NCBI GenBank assembly: GCA_051362555.1
Contig: CM120640.1
Location: 71,092,788-71,156,787, forward strand
Reading direction: 5' to 3'
DNA: 64,000 bases
Source: Lingula anatina
Lineage: Eukaryota; Animalia; Brachiopoda
Part shown: positions 36,963 through 50,400 of the stretch, piece by piece
Position numbering within the stretch: position 1 is the first letter of the stretch
How the letters are laid out: every line of letters begins with the position of its first letter
The notes under the pieces: generated by a model
The model's database searches: none
The model's input: only the letters and a program-made list of their open reading frames with translations
Told to the model about the DNA's origin: nothing
Made by a program: the position numbers and the translations under genes

Positions 36963-39900
36963 TTAACTAAGAGACAACAATGGCATTCCAAAGTGAGAAA
37001 GACTGCAATCGAGCTGTCTAATTCCTGAGGTAAGTCTGATTACTGAGACACAGGTGACAGATGCAATAATGCCATACCTAAAATGAGTGTCATCTGAAAA
37101 CACTGGTGACTACTTTTATTTCATCCTAATTCTGAGTTTTAGCAAATTAAGCAGTTTTAGCAAAACACTGGAGTCTTGTGTTTGAATGTGTTTGGAGAAT
37201 GTGACAATTAATTTAATAGGAAGCTTAGTCTCTTTTAACTTGTTACAAAAATAAATAAAGATGTTGGACATCCAAGCAGAATTTCCACATTCTGACCATA
37301 TATAGTTTTGGTGTCATCCACTTAAGGAAAGATCTCATAAGCAGTTGCCCTTTTTTTTTAAACTGCACAAAATAAACCAATCATTATACTTCAAAATGTA
37401 GCACAAAGGTTACTTTAAAATATATGACAGCCTCCCAGACATGAGAAAGTGGCAGCTTTCTTCACCAGTATGGTTGTGCTTCAGATTGTGACATGTCACA
37501 ACAACCACAATCATAGCTTCACATTTTTTGTTTACAACAAAAATGTGAAGCGAAAATGTTTTGCTTTGTTCTTTAGTAAAGTCCCACATATTGTTCCAAT
37601 GTTAAATATGCCAGTTCTATTTTCCTAGTTTTATAAATAGTTTGGTGATAAAGTTAAATAGACTGAAAATGTTACACTATTGATCTATAGCAAAAGACAA
37701 ATTGCTTTGCCAATAATGAGATAAAGAGATAACGTCTCACTGTGACAAAACATGCTATAAAATGGGGCTTCACAATGTATGTTTAATACCTCACGCAGAT
37801 GACCCCCAATTTAAATAAAAATCAAGTGAGATTATGTGAACACCTTGCTCTGGGCACCAGGTAATAACAGAGCCACATTCTAAAGCTAGGGTTGTGATGG
37901 AGCTTTCAGTGAAGGCATTCAGATCCTAGAGTGTTGTTTTCTACCTACTGGCCTAATCCTCACCTATTCAGTGGCACCATAATGGCCATAGATCACCAGT
38001 GGTTAGAGGGTCACTTCACCTTAAAAACTTCTACATTTAGCACCAGAAAAACAGTTGTAGCCATTCTCAGCAGAAATACAGTTGCAGGCATTCACAAGAC
38101 ATCAACACATCAATTTCTTGTTATTCTGTTTTATAACATTGGTAAGTTTGAAATGAAGATATTTTCTTTGAAAATTTTTGATAAAAATTATTTTTTTAAG
38201 TAACAAAAATATTTGAATACTTAGATTGTTTACAGTAAAATGTATAAAAAATTTTTAACAGAGCATGTAAAGTTATTTTTCAGAGAGTTCTGTAAAAAAA
38301 ACATTGGGCAAAATAAATTACCACTATGACATATAAGTACCAGGATATTTGCCAGCTCCATTCATTTGCATAATTAAGATAAAAAATCCCACCAAAGTAC
38401 AAACAGGTGTTAAAAGACCTCAGTTAATCCACTGCATGGAACAATTTGAATAATGTAAAGAGGGATCCATTGCCTTGACAAGAAAATGAAATGGTAACTA
38501 GAAGCAAAACACTGCGCAGTAAACTTAATCACATTTAGGACACCACTGTTATCAGAAAAGGAAGAAAAATTGTAAATAGGTCCCTCAATATCATCAAGCA
38601 GAAATGTATTTTCTTGTAAATTGTTAAATCTATTGTACCAGCGACGTAGACCTTTGAATCCCAGTCACGGCACGGACTGGCATTCTTAGAAAGCAGCAAT
38701 AAACTGTAGAACAATAAACTGAATTGTTCACTGAGATCAACATGGAACAGATTGGAATATCAAGAAATTAGAGTGGCCTTACTATCTGGAAAGAATTATA
38801 AATAGCAAATAGAATTCTAAATGGAAAATAAGTGAAGAGCAAGCAATAAAGTGAAAGTACATTTGTGGAGTGTGGGGAACTAGCCTAGATTACACGTTTT
38901 GGTGAAAATTGTGACTTTTAAATGACACTTGAATGAAGAATGAATTAATCTGCAATGGAATGCCACTGAGCTCTTCATTCTTCATTATGACATAAAAGAA
39001 AAAAAATGCCAATTCCAAATGAAAATTCCACAAAACTTATGTTTTTTTTCCAGAATGATCGAAGGTACTTTTTCTTCCAGACATTTAGCTAACACAACAA
39101 GAAGCTGAACTGTATAATGGCTGTCCTTTTCTTCAATCACAGCAAAGATCAAACGCTCAGTGATGTGTGCTGATAACCATGAAATCTATGTCTTCAAGAT
39201 AGACATCACCAATTGTGATTGATGACAAGAAGTTGTTTTCAATTACAGATCTCAGAGGTAAGTCATCTGACCACCATTGTAACTGTAAAGAAACCTCAAG
39301 GAAACTGTCACCTGGGACTGGGATACCTGGGATACCTGCACGGGGAGGAAAGCCGTGGGGAAAACTGAGCAGTAAACAGACAGTGGCAGGCAGACAGCTC
39401 ACGTGGCCACACTGGGACACACGCACTGAGATCAATGAACATGGCAGCTCTAGACTACAGTTAGTCACATTGGGTGGATTTCAAGCCAGCGCAATACCGA
39501 GGAGAGGAAGCCATATACAAACATGTCTGAAGGATTATCTCACAATACACGTAGTTTTTACCCATCAGGTCAGTAGTAAACAAAGGATAAAGTGACCTGA
39601 TAATCAAGTGTCCAGTGGGACGGAGAGGACAGAGCGGGGAGTCAGGCTTAATGTAGGTATTATCTTGTCTCTTAACATATTCTTAACCTATTTCAAAACT
39701 AGGCATGCAGTACTGCAAACTATATAACTGTGGCTGGTTTTTGAAAAGCAGTAGTAAATTCATGCAGAGAGAATAAATATTAGTTAATAAAAGGAGGCAA
39801 GTCACACAACAAAATCAGAAGAATTTAACAAGATAACATCTTCTGTCACGTTTCACTAAAAAGCACAACAGGAATCATAATGTTTGACATTTGGAATTTT

Positions 39901-42750
39901 TCACACTTAGTAATAATAGAACACCCAGGAGGATTTGCACAGTTTAAAAAATGTCTCGTGAAAGAGCTAATTTGTAAAAGAAGACAGCTTTGTGAAGCAT
40001 CTAAGTTGACAGTGTCATATTTTAATGTCAATCTGAAAAACTTCTGTGAAAATTTTCCAGTTGACAACCATGCTTTCTTGGCACCAAATTCAACATGAAT
40101 TAAGACAAAATGAAACATTTGCATCAAAACTTATGCAAATCAATTAGTTTGCAGCAAAACATTCTCAAGGAGTTAACAGAATAATAATAAATTATTATTT
40201 TTATATATTAAAATCATAACCAAGATGATGAAATCATACAAAGAAATTAATTAATTAAAGTGAAACTTAAAAAAATATCCACAAAATAAGACCCACTGAG
40301 CTCAGGTTTCTAAACACTGGATACAGAAAACAGAATAAAAGTGTTGTGAAAGACCTCCATATTAAACTTTGCCAGTCTGAATCCGATAGGAATCACTAAC
40401 AGGAAGACAAGGATGGAAACTGCCATCATCTGCATTAATAATGATATGTTAATCCATATGACATCATCAATTAAACATTAAAAGACCAAAACTGCTCATT
40501 GAAAGAAGACTAAAAACTGTTTTTGTCTGCAACTTTCAAAGATAAAAAAAATCTCTATATAGTAAGACTGGCGAGACTCTCTTTTGTCTACATGCCTTTC
40601 CAAATATACATGGAGCCACTTTGTTGCATGAGGTGTGCGTGCGTGCGTGCATGCATGTGTGAATGTGTGTATAAACATCCACCTGTTTCATTCTACAAGA
40701 TTCCTGTCATACTTGTCTCTAACTCTTACTTATCTCTACTATAACCTTGTTGTTATTTCGCTGACTTTCAATGCCACTTCTTTTTTTCATGCCTAGTTGC
40801 AATCAGATAACAGTATATGTGATCCTAACCTGGAAATAAGATTTGTTCTGTGAAATCATCTCATCTAAAGTGCCCATCAATACTTGCTAGCATTAATGTG
40901 TGTTGTATCAATCCCAGCCATGTATACTATTATGCCAATTGAATCAAGTAGAAGATTGTGAAGTAAAGAGACAAGGACTGAGAGGGTTAATGGGAAGAGC
41001 TTCTCATATCAGTCTTCACAAAATCCCTGCTTCTGTTGTCTACTTCTGCTTAATGACTGGACATTCCCTATAGGGAGAGGATGCAAAAGTACAACCAAAA
41101 CGGCAAACAAATGAAACAAGCAACATTTTAAGGTTAATTAAAAAATTAAATGAGATTTATTGAAATTTAATTGAAATTCTATGAAGTTTCTAATACAAAT
41201 GAGAGGTCATACGAGATTTCCGTTTTTGCGAGAGCACATGCGCACGATAGTCACTATCTCGAGTGACCAGCATTGCAAACTCAGAAATTTGTTGCAATTA
41301 TAATACCACTTTACAACAAAAGGAATATAAATTCCTTGTTTCTCAGATAATATAAAAATTATCTAAGGTGTATTATAAAAATCAACCCATAAATATGGTT
41401 ATGATTTTTTACATGATAACATAGTTATCTTAGGTTCATTATAAATATCAACCCATAAATGTGGTTTTACATGTTTCTATGTAAACCAGGCACTCCCCCC
41501 CCCCTCCCCCTTTTTTGCTGTGGAATAGGGGAGGTGGGTGGGCGTATGACCTCTCATTTGTATTAGAAACTTCATAGAATTTCAATTAAATTTCAATAAA
41601 TCTCATTTAATTTTTTAATTCTATTTCGTTTCTATACAAATGAGGTCATACGAGATTCCCGTTTTATGCGAGAGCATATGCGCACTTGCGCATATCTTCA
41701 CAGTTCGAAGCTTGCTGGTCACGAGAGCAAGTTTAGCTCAAAATATAGTACTACATAACTTTTCCAATTATTCAAACTGCTTTAGAAAATTCTTTCCCTT
41801 CAACAGGTTTATTGTAGTACTTAGCAAGCTTTGCTTGAAAATCATCAAGCTGCTTTTAAAATATCATATACGGGAAATTATGCTCTTTCTGCTGCTGACA
41901 CTGCTGCAGCTTGGGTTGAACGAGCCTTAAATGATTCTTATACACATGCTTGGTGCATCAACATCCGAATCCATCTTGATATTGTATCTCTTGAAACGGA
42001 TGAAAAAAGGCTTTCAAAAACTAATAATTTTTTTTTTTTTTTCTACTTTGCCATTTATTAATGGTTTTGTCCATTTATTAATGGTTTTGTTCTTTTCAAA
42101 TATTCTTTAACACATATCAATGTATGCAATCCCCTATTTAGGGGGTACCATAAAAATGTAAATGTTGTTGTACCAACACCTGGTCTTGAACTGTTTCAAA
42201 GTTTCTATGATTTTAAATAAAACAGTATTTGTGAAGTTCTAACTCTCTTAACTTCAAAAAATGCACAAAATCTTTTTTTTTTTTTTTTTTTTTTTGTGCA
42301 GATGTAAGAGACCTGAGGATGATAAACTTCATTGAAAAAATATTTCAATGATAACTGTCTTACTGGTGACAGTTTTCTTAAGTAATGTTAATCAATTGAT
42401 ACATGTCAAACTTTTTGATATCTGGGTGCACTGGGTCAGTGTTAAAAACTCCTTTCAAGAACCATATAATCTAAGGATGTCTCCCAACTGTCGAAGCAAC
42501 AATAGTTGTTGATGATGCATATCTAGCAGTGTCTATAGCACTGTTATTTGAGCCATCTTCATAGAGATGTACTTAAAAGTCTAGCACATTGCTGTAGTTG
42601 GTCTATTCAAATGACCTTCTCTTTATTTGAAAACATTCTCCACTTTTTAATATAGACTGAATAGTGGTTTTTTGCAGATATTTATATGCTTTAAATATGA
42701 TTTCAGTAGCTTTTCTCTGTAATTCTATCTGACTTAGTTTTCCTGATACT

Positions 42751-43112
42751 TTGCATGCCAAAAATTTCATATAGTCTCCTATTGGGTGTGTCACCCCTTT
42801 CTGGTGAGAAAAGATGTTAATGCTGTTGTTGCTGGCAGTAAAAAAATAGGAATATCTTCTAGTGAATATTTCATTTAAATTGATTGAGCCATGCTTGCGT
42901 CGACCATAAAGGTATCATAACTTAAGCATCTGCATGCCAAAAATTTCATATAGTCTCCTATTGGGTGTGTCACCCCTTTCTGGTGAGAAAAGATGTTAAT
43001 GCTGTTGTTGCTGGCAGTAAAAGAATAGGAATATCTTCTAGTGAATATTTCATTTAAATTGATTGAGCCATGCTTTTGTCGACCATAAAGGTATCATAAC
43101 TTAAGCATCTGC
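42751..43112. repeat. About 180-bp direct duplication inside the DIRS element
   Basis: tgcatgccaaaaatttcatatagtctcc...aacttaagcatctgc occurs twice, near identical. Confidence 0.9.
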
Positions 43113-45403
43113 CTGATCTTTCCCGAATCTTCTTGATTATTCTGGGCATCAGACTGAAAAGGAGGAATACATTCTCCTAAGATATCAAAAACATTGTTGT
43201 ATTCAGTACCAGGTTCTGGTTTCCAAGCAACAAATATTCCTCATTTTCTATTTGATCTTGATCAAAATTTATGTGTGGCATAGCTAATATATCTGTCACT
43301 TTTTAAACACACAATATTTAGTGACCATTCAGTTGTAATATTCACATTTCTTGATTCCTTATATGCCTTTACATTTTATATTCCAGGCAAATAATTAGCA
43401 GTAAGCCATATGTCATTTTCAATGTAATAATTTTTTCCTATATTTGTGATACTATTTTATCACAAATTGATCATGAGGATTTCAAAACCTCATGTGTAAT
43501 ATATGCAACTGCAGTAGTATTATCATATCTTTCCTTCGATATATTGAATTAAGGCATGTAACGCCATTTTATAACAAGCAATTCAAATGCATTGAAATTA
43601 TCATGACAGAATACAATTCTTCAGTAAAGAATCCACCAATTCTCATATTTCTACATTCATCTAACCCTGCTAAAGGAGTAGCACTCGATTGAATTTCAAT
43701 CTGTGCATTGCCATGATTAATTTTACATGTTGCATATAAAAATATTTCTAGACCGCCATTCTAGGTCTACTTCCTTTATCTGTAAAATCCATTACAGCTT
43801 CATAATCATCTTTATTTTCTTTTAATGCTTTAATTTTTCCTCTCTCTAGTTCCTATAATGCAACTGTCCATATCGGACTCATGCAAACATGACATTGATG
43901 TTTTTCTAATGTTTTTGCCGTGTCTCTAATAGATGCGTCATCTCTTGTTATAAAAACATCAATCTTTTCTTTATGAACTTCTTTCTTTTTGTTGGCAAGT
44001 TGCACAGTCATGTTTTCAGAATTTATTTTCAAATCCCAAAATAGAATTTCTTGAGTTGGGATAAATTATAATACAGACTTTTCTTCATGGATCAAAACCC
44101 CACAAGTTTTGAAAAACCTTGACAGTTTCTTTCACTGCCCAAATACATTCATTTTCTGAACTATCTTGTATATAAATATCATCTACATATGATATCATAA
44201 TATTCCTTTCCTTTTTAATGTTGTACATGATGCCTTTCATAAGTTTTAAAAGCTCCAGAACATCTGAATAGCCACATTTAAGGGCAGAATGTACGATTTA
44301 TTTCTCCACTCAAATCTGAGAAATTTCTGATGCTCTGTAATTTCTTGGCATATGATATGCATTTCTGAATCTATGCATGCCATCTTTTAGGCCTAGTATA
44401 TATATATTGTATTGACAAATTTGTCCTCTTGATTATGTATTTCAACAATGACAACTTATGTAAACATGTTGAAACTTCTGTATCAATAAAATTTTCTTCA
44501 GATTCTTTGAATCTTATTTCTTCCAATGGTGTTGTTTGTTTTGGATGTAATCATCCATAAACTTCAATCTTAGACTTATAACAGTCTGTAACACCCAAGC
44601 ATCAGAAGTTGACAATTCCCACTGGAATATTCGACTAGCAATGTTATGTTGAAGACATACTTAAAATTTTCCTTCAACACTTCTACATCCAATGATGCTG
44701 AATTTTTTGTATCCTATTGCCTGTGAAAAGGTCCTAATATGACCTTTATTAGTGCCAATTCTTTTGCACATCCATTGCTCTAAGGAAATATCTTCCTCTA
44801 GCTCACATGATAACTCTGATTCCTCTGGGAGTCCCAGATTATGATGGACCAGTGTCTTAGACACTTGATAATTCATTATATTTTCATGTAACTGATTCTT
44901 TTTACTATTTCATCCCCACCAAACCTATTGGTACCTGGGATGGAATTTTCACATAAATGTATATGTATAGTTTATCTATGTGAGGTCTTAAAACTTCTTC
45001 CCTTCTTGAACAAAGTTTAAAGTTTGTGCAACTAAATGCTCAAATTGCATTCATAGCATCATAAAAAAATTCTTCAAAATCTTCTTCCAGATTCTTTAGT
45101 ATATGAATCTCATTTACTAAAGAGTTTGTTTATTTCAAGTGTCAAGGGGGAATCACCCTTTTAAATAATTTTTCACTCTGTGAAACCTTCAATCTTATGA
45201 TTCAGCATCATGACAGATGCTAGGCCATTTTCCCTCATTTATTATTATTGGTTTCAAACCTTCACAGTTAGAGGGAGACAATTTTTCATCATTTTTCTGG
45301 TAATATTCTTCCTCTAATTTTATTTCATTGTTATCATTTATCTTACATGTATCATCTTCATGGGCAGCGTCTGCCATATCAACCAGATGATCTGAATTCC
45401 ACA

Positions 45404-45612
45404 CTTCACTACTAGTAAATAATGATGTGTCATCAGAGATTTACTCTTCACTACTAGTAAACACAGACGTGTCGTCAGAGATTTGCTCTTCACTACTAGT
45501 AAACACTGACGTGTCGTCAGATATTTTCTACTACTAGTAAACACAGACGTGTCGTCAGAGATTTACTCTTCACTACTAGTAAACACAGACGTGTCGTCAA
45601 CATTTACTCTTC
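45404..45612. repeat. 42-bp tandem repeat (about 5 copies) in the DIRS 5' (gag) region
   Basis: cttcactactagtaaacacagacgtgtcgtcagagatttact units. Confidence 0.9.
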
Positions 45613-47431
45613 TTAATAAACATGAGAAGGATATTCATACCTGATTTTGTTTTTAAAATCCTCCATTTGCTTCTAAATATCACGTTGCATATTCTTCAGT
45701 GAGCCAGTTATTTATTCTAATGCTGCACTGATTTCCCCACGACATTCGTGGCATTATCGGTACTCGTTGACGCGCCATTTTCATTTCTCTCAATAACGTT
45801 ATTCTGCGTCAATGTTTGATTCCGTGTTAGAAAATGTGATGCGTCACCACTTCTTTTGACTTCCCGTCGGAAGATTTTTGTGGCCCTGCGGCATTTTGTA
45901 ACTATTGGTCTATTTCCGACCTTATCAGCCATAGTATTCATTGAGTTTTGTGCCGCTCTTTGGCCTCACGTGCTGTGCTCGCTCGACAAGAAACCGGAAG
46001 TGCAGAAGATATGCGCAAGTGCGCATATGCTCTCGCATAAAACGGGAATCTCGTATGACCTCATTTGTATAGAAACGAAATAGAATAACACAGTTATAGT
46101 CAGCAATTTCAAATGGGAAGGGGCCCTTAAAAATGCTTTATCTTCATAGATGACCAACTTGAGAAATGGCATATAAAACAGATCAAAATTTGATTCAGAA
46201 TAGACCTTACCTAGCCAAAAGGGCGGTTCATAGCTCTCCCCCTCCCCCAATGTGAAGTAGGTCTGTGTTTATCTCCAGCAGGTCAACTTCTCATCAAATA
46301 TCATACAGCCAACACCATTCCCTGAACCTCAACAGTAATATCACTCCTAGTTACAAATTAGAGTCAAATGATGCAGAACTGCTTCATGATTCCTGGAAAT
46401 GGCAGGGCTATCATCAAGAACCTCTGACTAGTGAATGCCAGTTCATCAGTATTAATATCTCCCCTCCCCCCCCCCCCCCAAAAAAAAAAAAAAAAAAAAA
46501 AACCTCCATACTCAGGGGCGTAATTCATCTGCTGAAAGTGATTATAATGATAGCATTATTTTTCAACGGATACCTTGGTACAAAAACTTATAAAAGAGAC
46601 TCTATGAAGTCATTACATTCTACAGTACACAATAACACCAACTCCCACAGGCTGTAATTCAAAGTAATCAAAATCATGTCAAATCAAAACAATGTCCACT
46701 CAAGACTGGTGATCTCAGCAGATTAATTTCTCTTTCCTCCACAACTCGGTATATTACCAATCACAAAGGGGTTAAAGAGAAGGTCCATGTGCCAATCCTC
46801 TGGTATAAGGATGGGTCAACACTGCCCATTATTTGAAAAAAAAAAAAAAAAAGACGGAAATCAATACAACAAAATACTTTTCACTGGCATTCAACCACAA
46901 CAAGCTTAAAACCATTCAACAGTCTAAATATCTAAGGCTTAAAACTTCTCACAGAATTTTATTAATTACTCCAGTGAATTATTATGTTAAGAGTATTTAT
47001 ATCATTTTATCTTGAGGCTGGGGGGGATGGAGCGCTATGCTATTTCCTTTTAAAATTAATTATGCTGTTCATCAAGGAAGGATGATTACATGTAGTTTTT
47101 CGCTAAATGGTTGTCATGTTGTGTGACTATTTAGAGATATTAAGACACAAAGAAAGTATTCAGACAAAGCAATGCTGGAGATTAGTGATTAACAAAGGAT
47201 ACATTTATATGAGGTTCTTTGTAATTTTTCTAAACATGAAAAAAAATGTTCAGATGCAGACATGATGAAACCCTCTAGGGGAAAAACCAAAAAGAGATTA
47301 AATTGCTTGAAACAATGCTTTCAAACATTTTACTAACAATCCAAAAGATTTTTCTGTACTTAAATTTTTGATTATTTACACCACAAAAGACTTCTCTCAA
47401 TCTTATGGTAAATAACCGAAAAATGATTTTC

Positions 47432-47436
<5 letters not shown>

Positions 47437-47477
<41 letters not shown>

Positions 47478-50400
47478 TATGGAAAAAAAAATAATAATAA
47501 GTAAATAAATAAACACAAATAGAGTATATATATATATGTTCCTTTCATACACGCACACATACCCACGTACGCACAACACTCATACTTGGTCACTGCTAAT
47601 ATGTATATTATCCTTGCATTACACAGTTGTGTTTACAAAAATAGACTAATTAGTTGTCTGTCCATTTCACTCAAATATAGTAACTTCATCTCTAAGTGCC
47701 TGCTGATTAACAAAACAAAATTAAATAAAATATAATAGAAAACTTAAACCCAAAAGATAAAGAAAGGGATGCTACTGCTATTCCCCTTCAACAAAAAGTG
47801 GTAACCATTGTGCCCATTGTTTAACAAAGTTGTCATATGTGCAAGATCCATGACGCAAAGCAATATTTTTTTCAACATGATACATAAATTTTATGTAACC
47901 CAAAAGACCTTGAAAGCTTGGGGTCTTTTTTTGTTTCAGGCACTTGTAAATATATAGTTTTCCAAACATAATAAGTAAATTAAAAATTTTACTTTCCGTT
48001 GTGCATTTTATTCCAAACAAGATTTTATAGTCATCGAGATCCAAATTGACATTAGTTTTTTCGAGTATATGGTCTTGAAACTTATTCCAAAGAGGACGCA
48101 CACTATTACACTGTATAAACACATGAAGGAGATCTTCACGGTCTCTTTTACAAAAGCCACATATGTCATTATCCTGAATGCCAATCTTTTTCAAATAAGC
48201 ACCCAAAGGGAGTATCCTATGTATTATTCTAAACTGAAGCCATTGTAACGTTGTATCTCGAGAAGTTCCAAAACAAGTCTCAAAAATTTCTTCCGTTTTT
48301 AAGCGAGCGTCCCCGTTATTGAATAGTTTTTGGTTCCATGTACAGACACCAGTGGGAATAATATTTTTCTTATTTAGGACATTATATACATATCTGTTTC
48401 CTTTTTCATTTAGCATAAGCCCCTTGAAATGAAACGGGTAGTAAGGGGTGACTGTAATAGCCACCTTTTCCTTATCAAATTGTCTTAGAAAAACCTTAAC
48501 TGCACTGTACATGCTATTAAACTGCATAGTTTGGACTCTCAAATTGAATTTTTGTTCAAGCACATTCTTTTTCATTAAATTTCCCTGATTGTCCAACATA
48601 TCTCCAAGAACTTTTATTCCTTGTTTGTACCAGGAAGGGATAAACACCGAAGCGTTGTTAATCTTAATTTCAGTATTATACCAAAGAGGTATTGCGCCTG
48701 GGTCACTTGCCCATTCCCTTAACATTTGGACTTTCATAAAGTAAGCCCAAGCTATCAGAGTATCCTGCCAAAATTTGTTTTGGATACGTTCTGCTAACTT
48801 CCTGACATAATCATCACCAAAGTCGAGCAGGTTCTGGATTAACTTTTTTCCTAATATGGATTCTAATATATTAGTCCAAATCTGTTTCCTAGAAATTAGT
48901 CTTTTCAACCAAGAACATTTTAATGATGTAATAAAACATTTTATGTCAATCATTTTAAGGCCACCAGCGTTGTGATTTTGAGAGGCTACGTCCCTTTTAA
49001 TTCTATCACATTTTGACCCCCATACAAAATTATAAAACTCAGTCTCAAGCGATTTAATAAATCCGTTGTTTGGGTTGGGTAGGGAGATAAATAGATGGGT
49101 AAGTTTGGAAATTAATAACGATTTTACAATCGTGGTTTTACCTATTGGGCTAAGGATGCGTTTTTTCCATTGTTTAATCTGACTTTGTACTTTTGTCATT
49201 TGCTTTTGATAATTCAGATCAATCATGTCACTTAACTCTACTGAAAAAGTTATGCCTAACAGCTCAAATATTTGTACCCCCCAATAAAGTTTCCATCTGG
49301 AATGATGGTACACATCTTTACTATATTTTTTGGAACCTATCCATATTACTTTAGTTTTTGAGGCATTGATGTGTAGTCCAGATAATTTTGCAAAGTATTC
49401 AAGGGTTTCCAGGGAATTGAATAAAGATTCTTTCGATCCATCTAATGTAAGTGAAGTGTCATCTGCATATTGTAAAATCTTATTCTCGATTCCATTAATT
49501 GTTATTCCTTTTATAGATGTGTTGCTCTTTATCAGTATTGACAGCATTTCAGCACTCAATATAAATAAATAAGGGGCTACTGGGTCACCTTGTCGACAAC
49601 CTCTTTGGATAGAAAACGGTTTCGACAGGAAACCACATTGTAGAACGGATGCTGTAATGTTAGTGTTTAGTATGTTTACCCATGTTATTAGATTTCTGCC
49701 AAAGCCGAAGATGTTAAGAGCTTTATAGATGAAGGACCAAGCTAAGGAATCAAAAGCTTTTTCGAAGTCAATCAACATTAGAAGGCCAGGAATCTGTCTA
49801 TTCTCAGTATAGTCCATCAGATCATATATTGCTCGTATGTTATCACCCAAGTATCTACCGGGTATGAAAACCCGACTGCGATGGAGGTATGAGAGAATTC
49901 AGAGTGCGTTTTATTCGTCCACAGATACATCCAGAAATAATCTTATAAAATACATTCAGGAGTGTAATCGGCCTCCAGTTTTTCATGTCTTTTCTTGATT
50001 TTTCTCCTTTTGGGAGACATACAATGATTCCGAGTCTTTGTGAGATAGGCAACATTTTTTTTAAAAAAATATCATTTATAGCTCTTCTGATAAAGTACTT
50101 GAGATCATTCCAAAAAAATTTGTAGAACTCGGCTGAAAAGCCATCACTTCCTGGGGACTTGTTATTCTTCATTGATTTAATAACACTTAGGATTTCAGTT
50201 AATGTAAATTCTTGATCTAATTCGTGAGCAGTAACATTGTCCAATTTATTAAAGGAATACGGTTCTAGTACATTACTGAGGTCTACGTCATCTATTTCAT
50301 TTTCTTTGCTTGAATACAAATTTTCATAGAAAAGCTTCACCTCCTTAAGGATTTCTGACTGTTCGTAGACTGTTCCTTTTCCATCTATATCTAGCACCTG

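Larger units (their letters stand above)
41136..46086 (-). mobile_element. Decayed DIRS1-type tyrosine-recombinase retrotransposon with ITRs and internal complementary region (ICR)
   Basis: Minus-strand pseudo-coding motifs: RT IMISYVDDIYIQ (about 44165-44200), IHEEKS..PTQEILFLGF, INSENMTVQL; RNase H WLTANYLPGI*NVKAYKESR; MT-like TEWSLN and VAWKPEPG; truncated YR N-terminus. 46007-46086 is complementary to 41618-41697, and 41136-41213 is complementary to 41543-41620. Confidence 0.88.
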
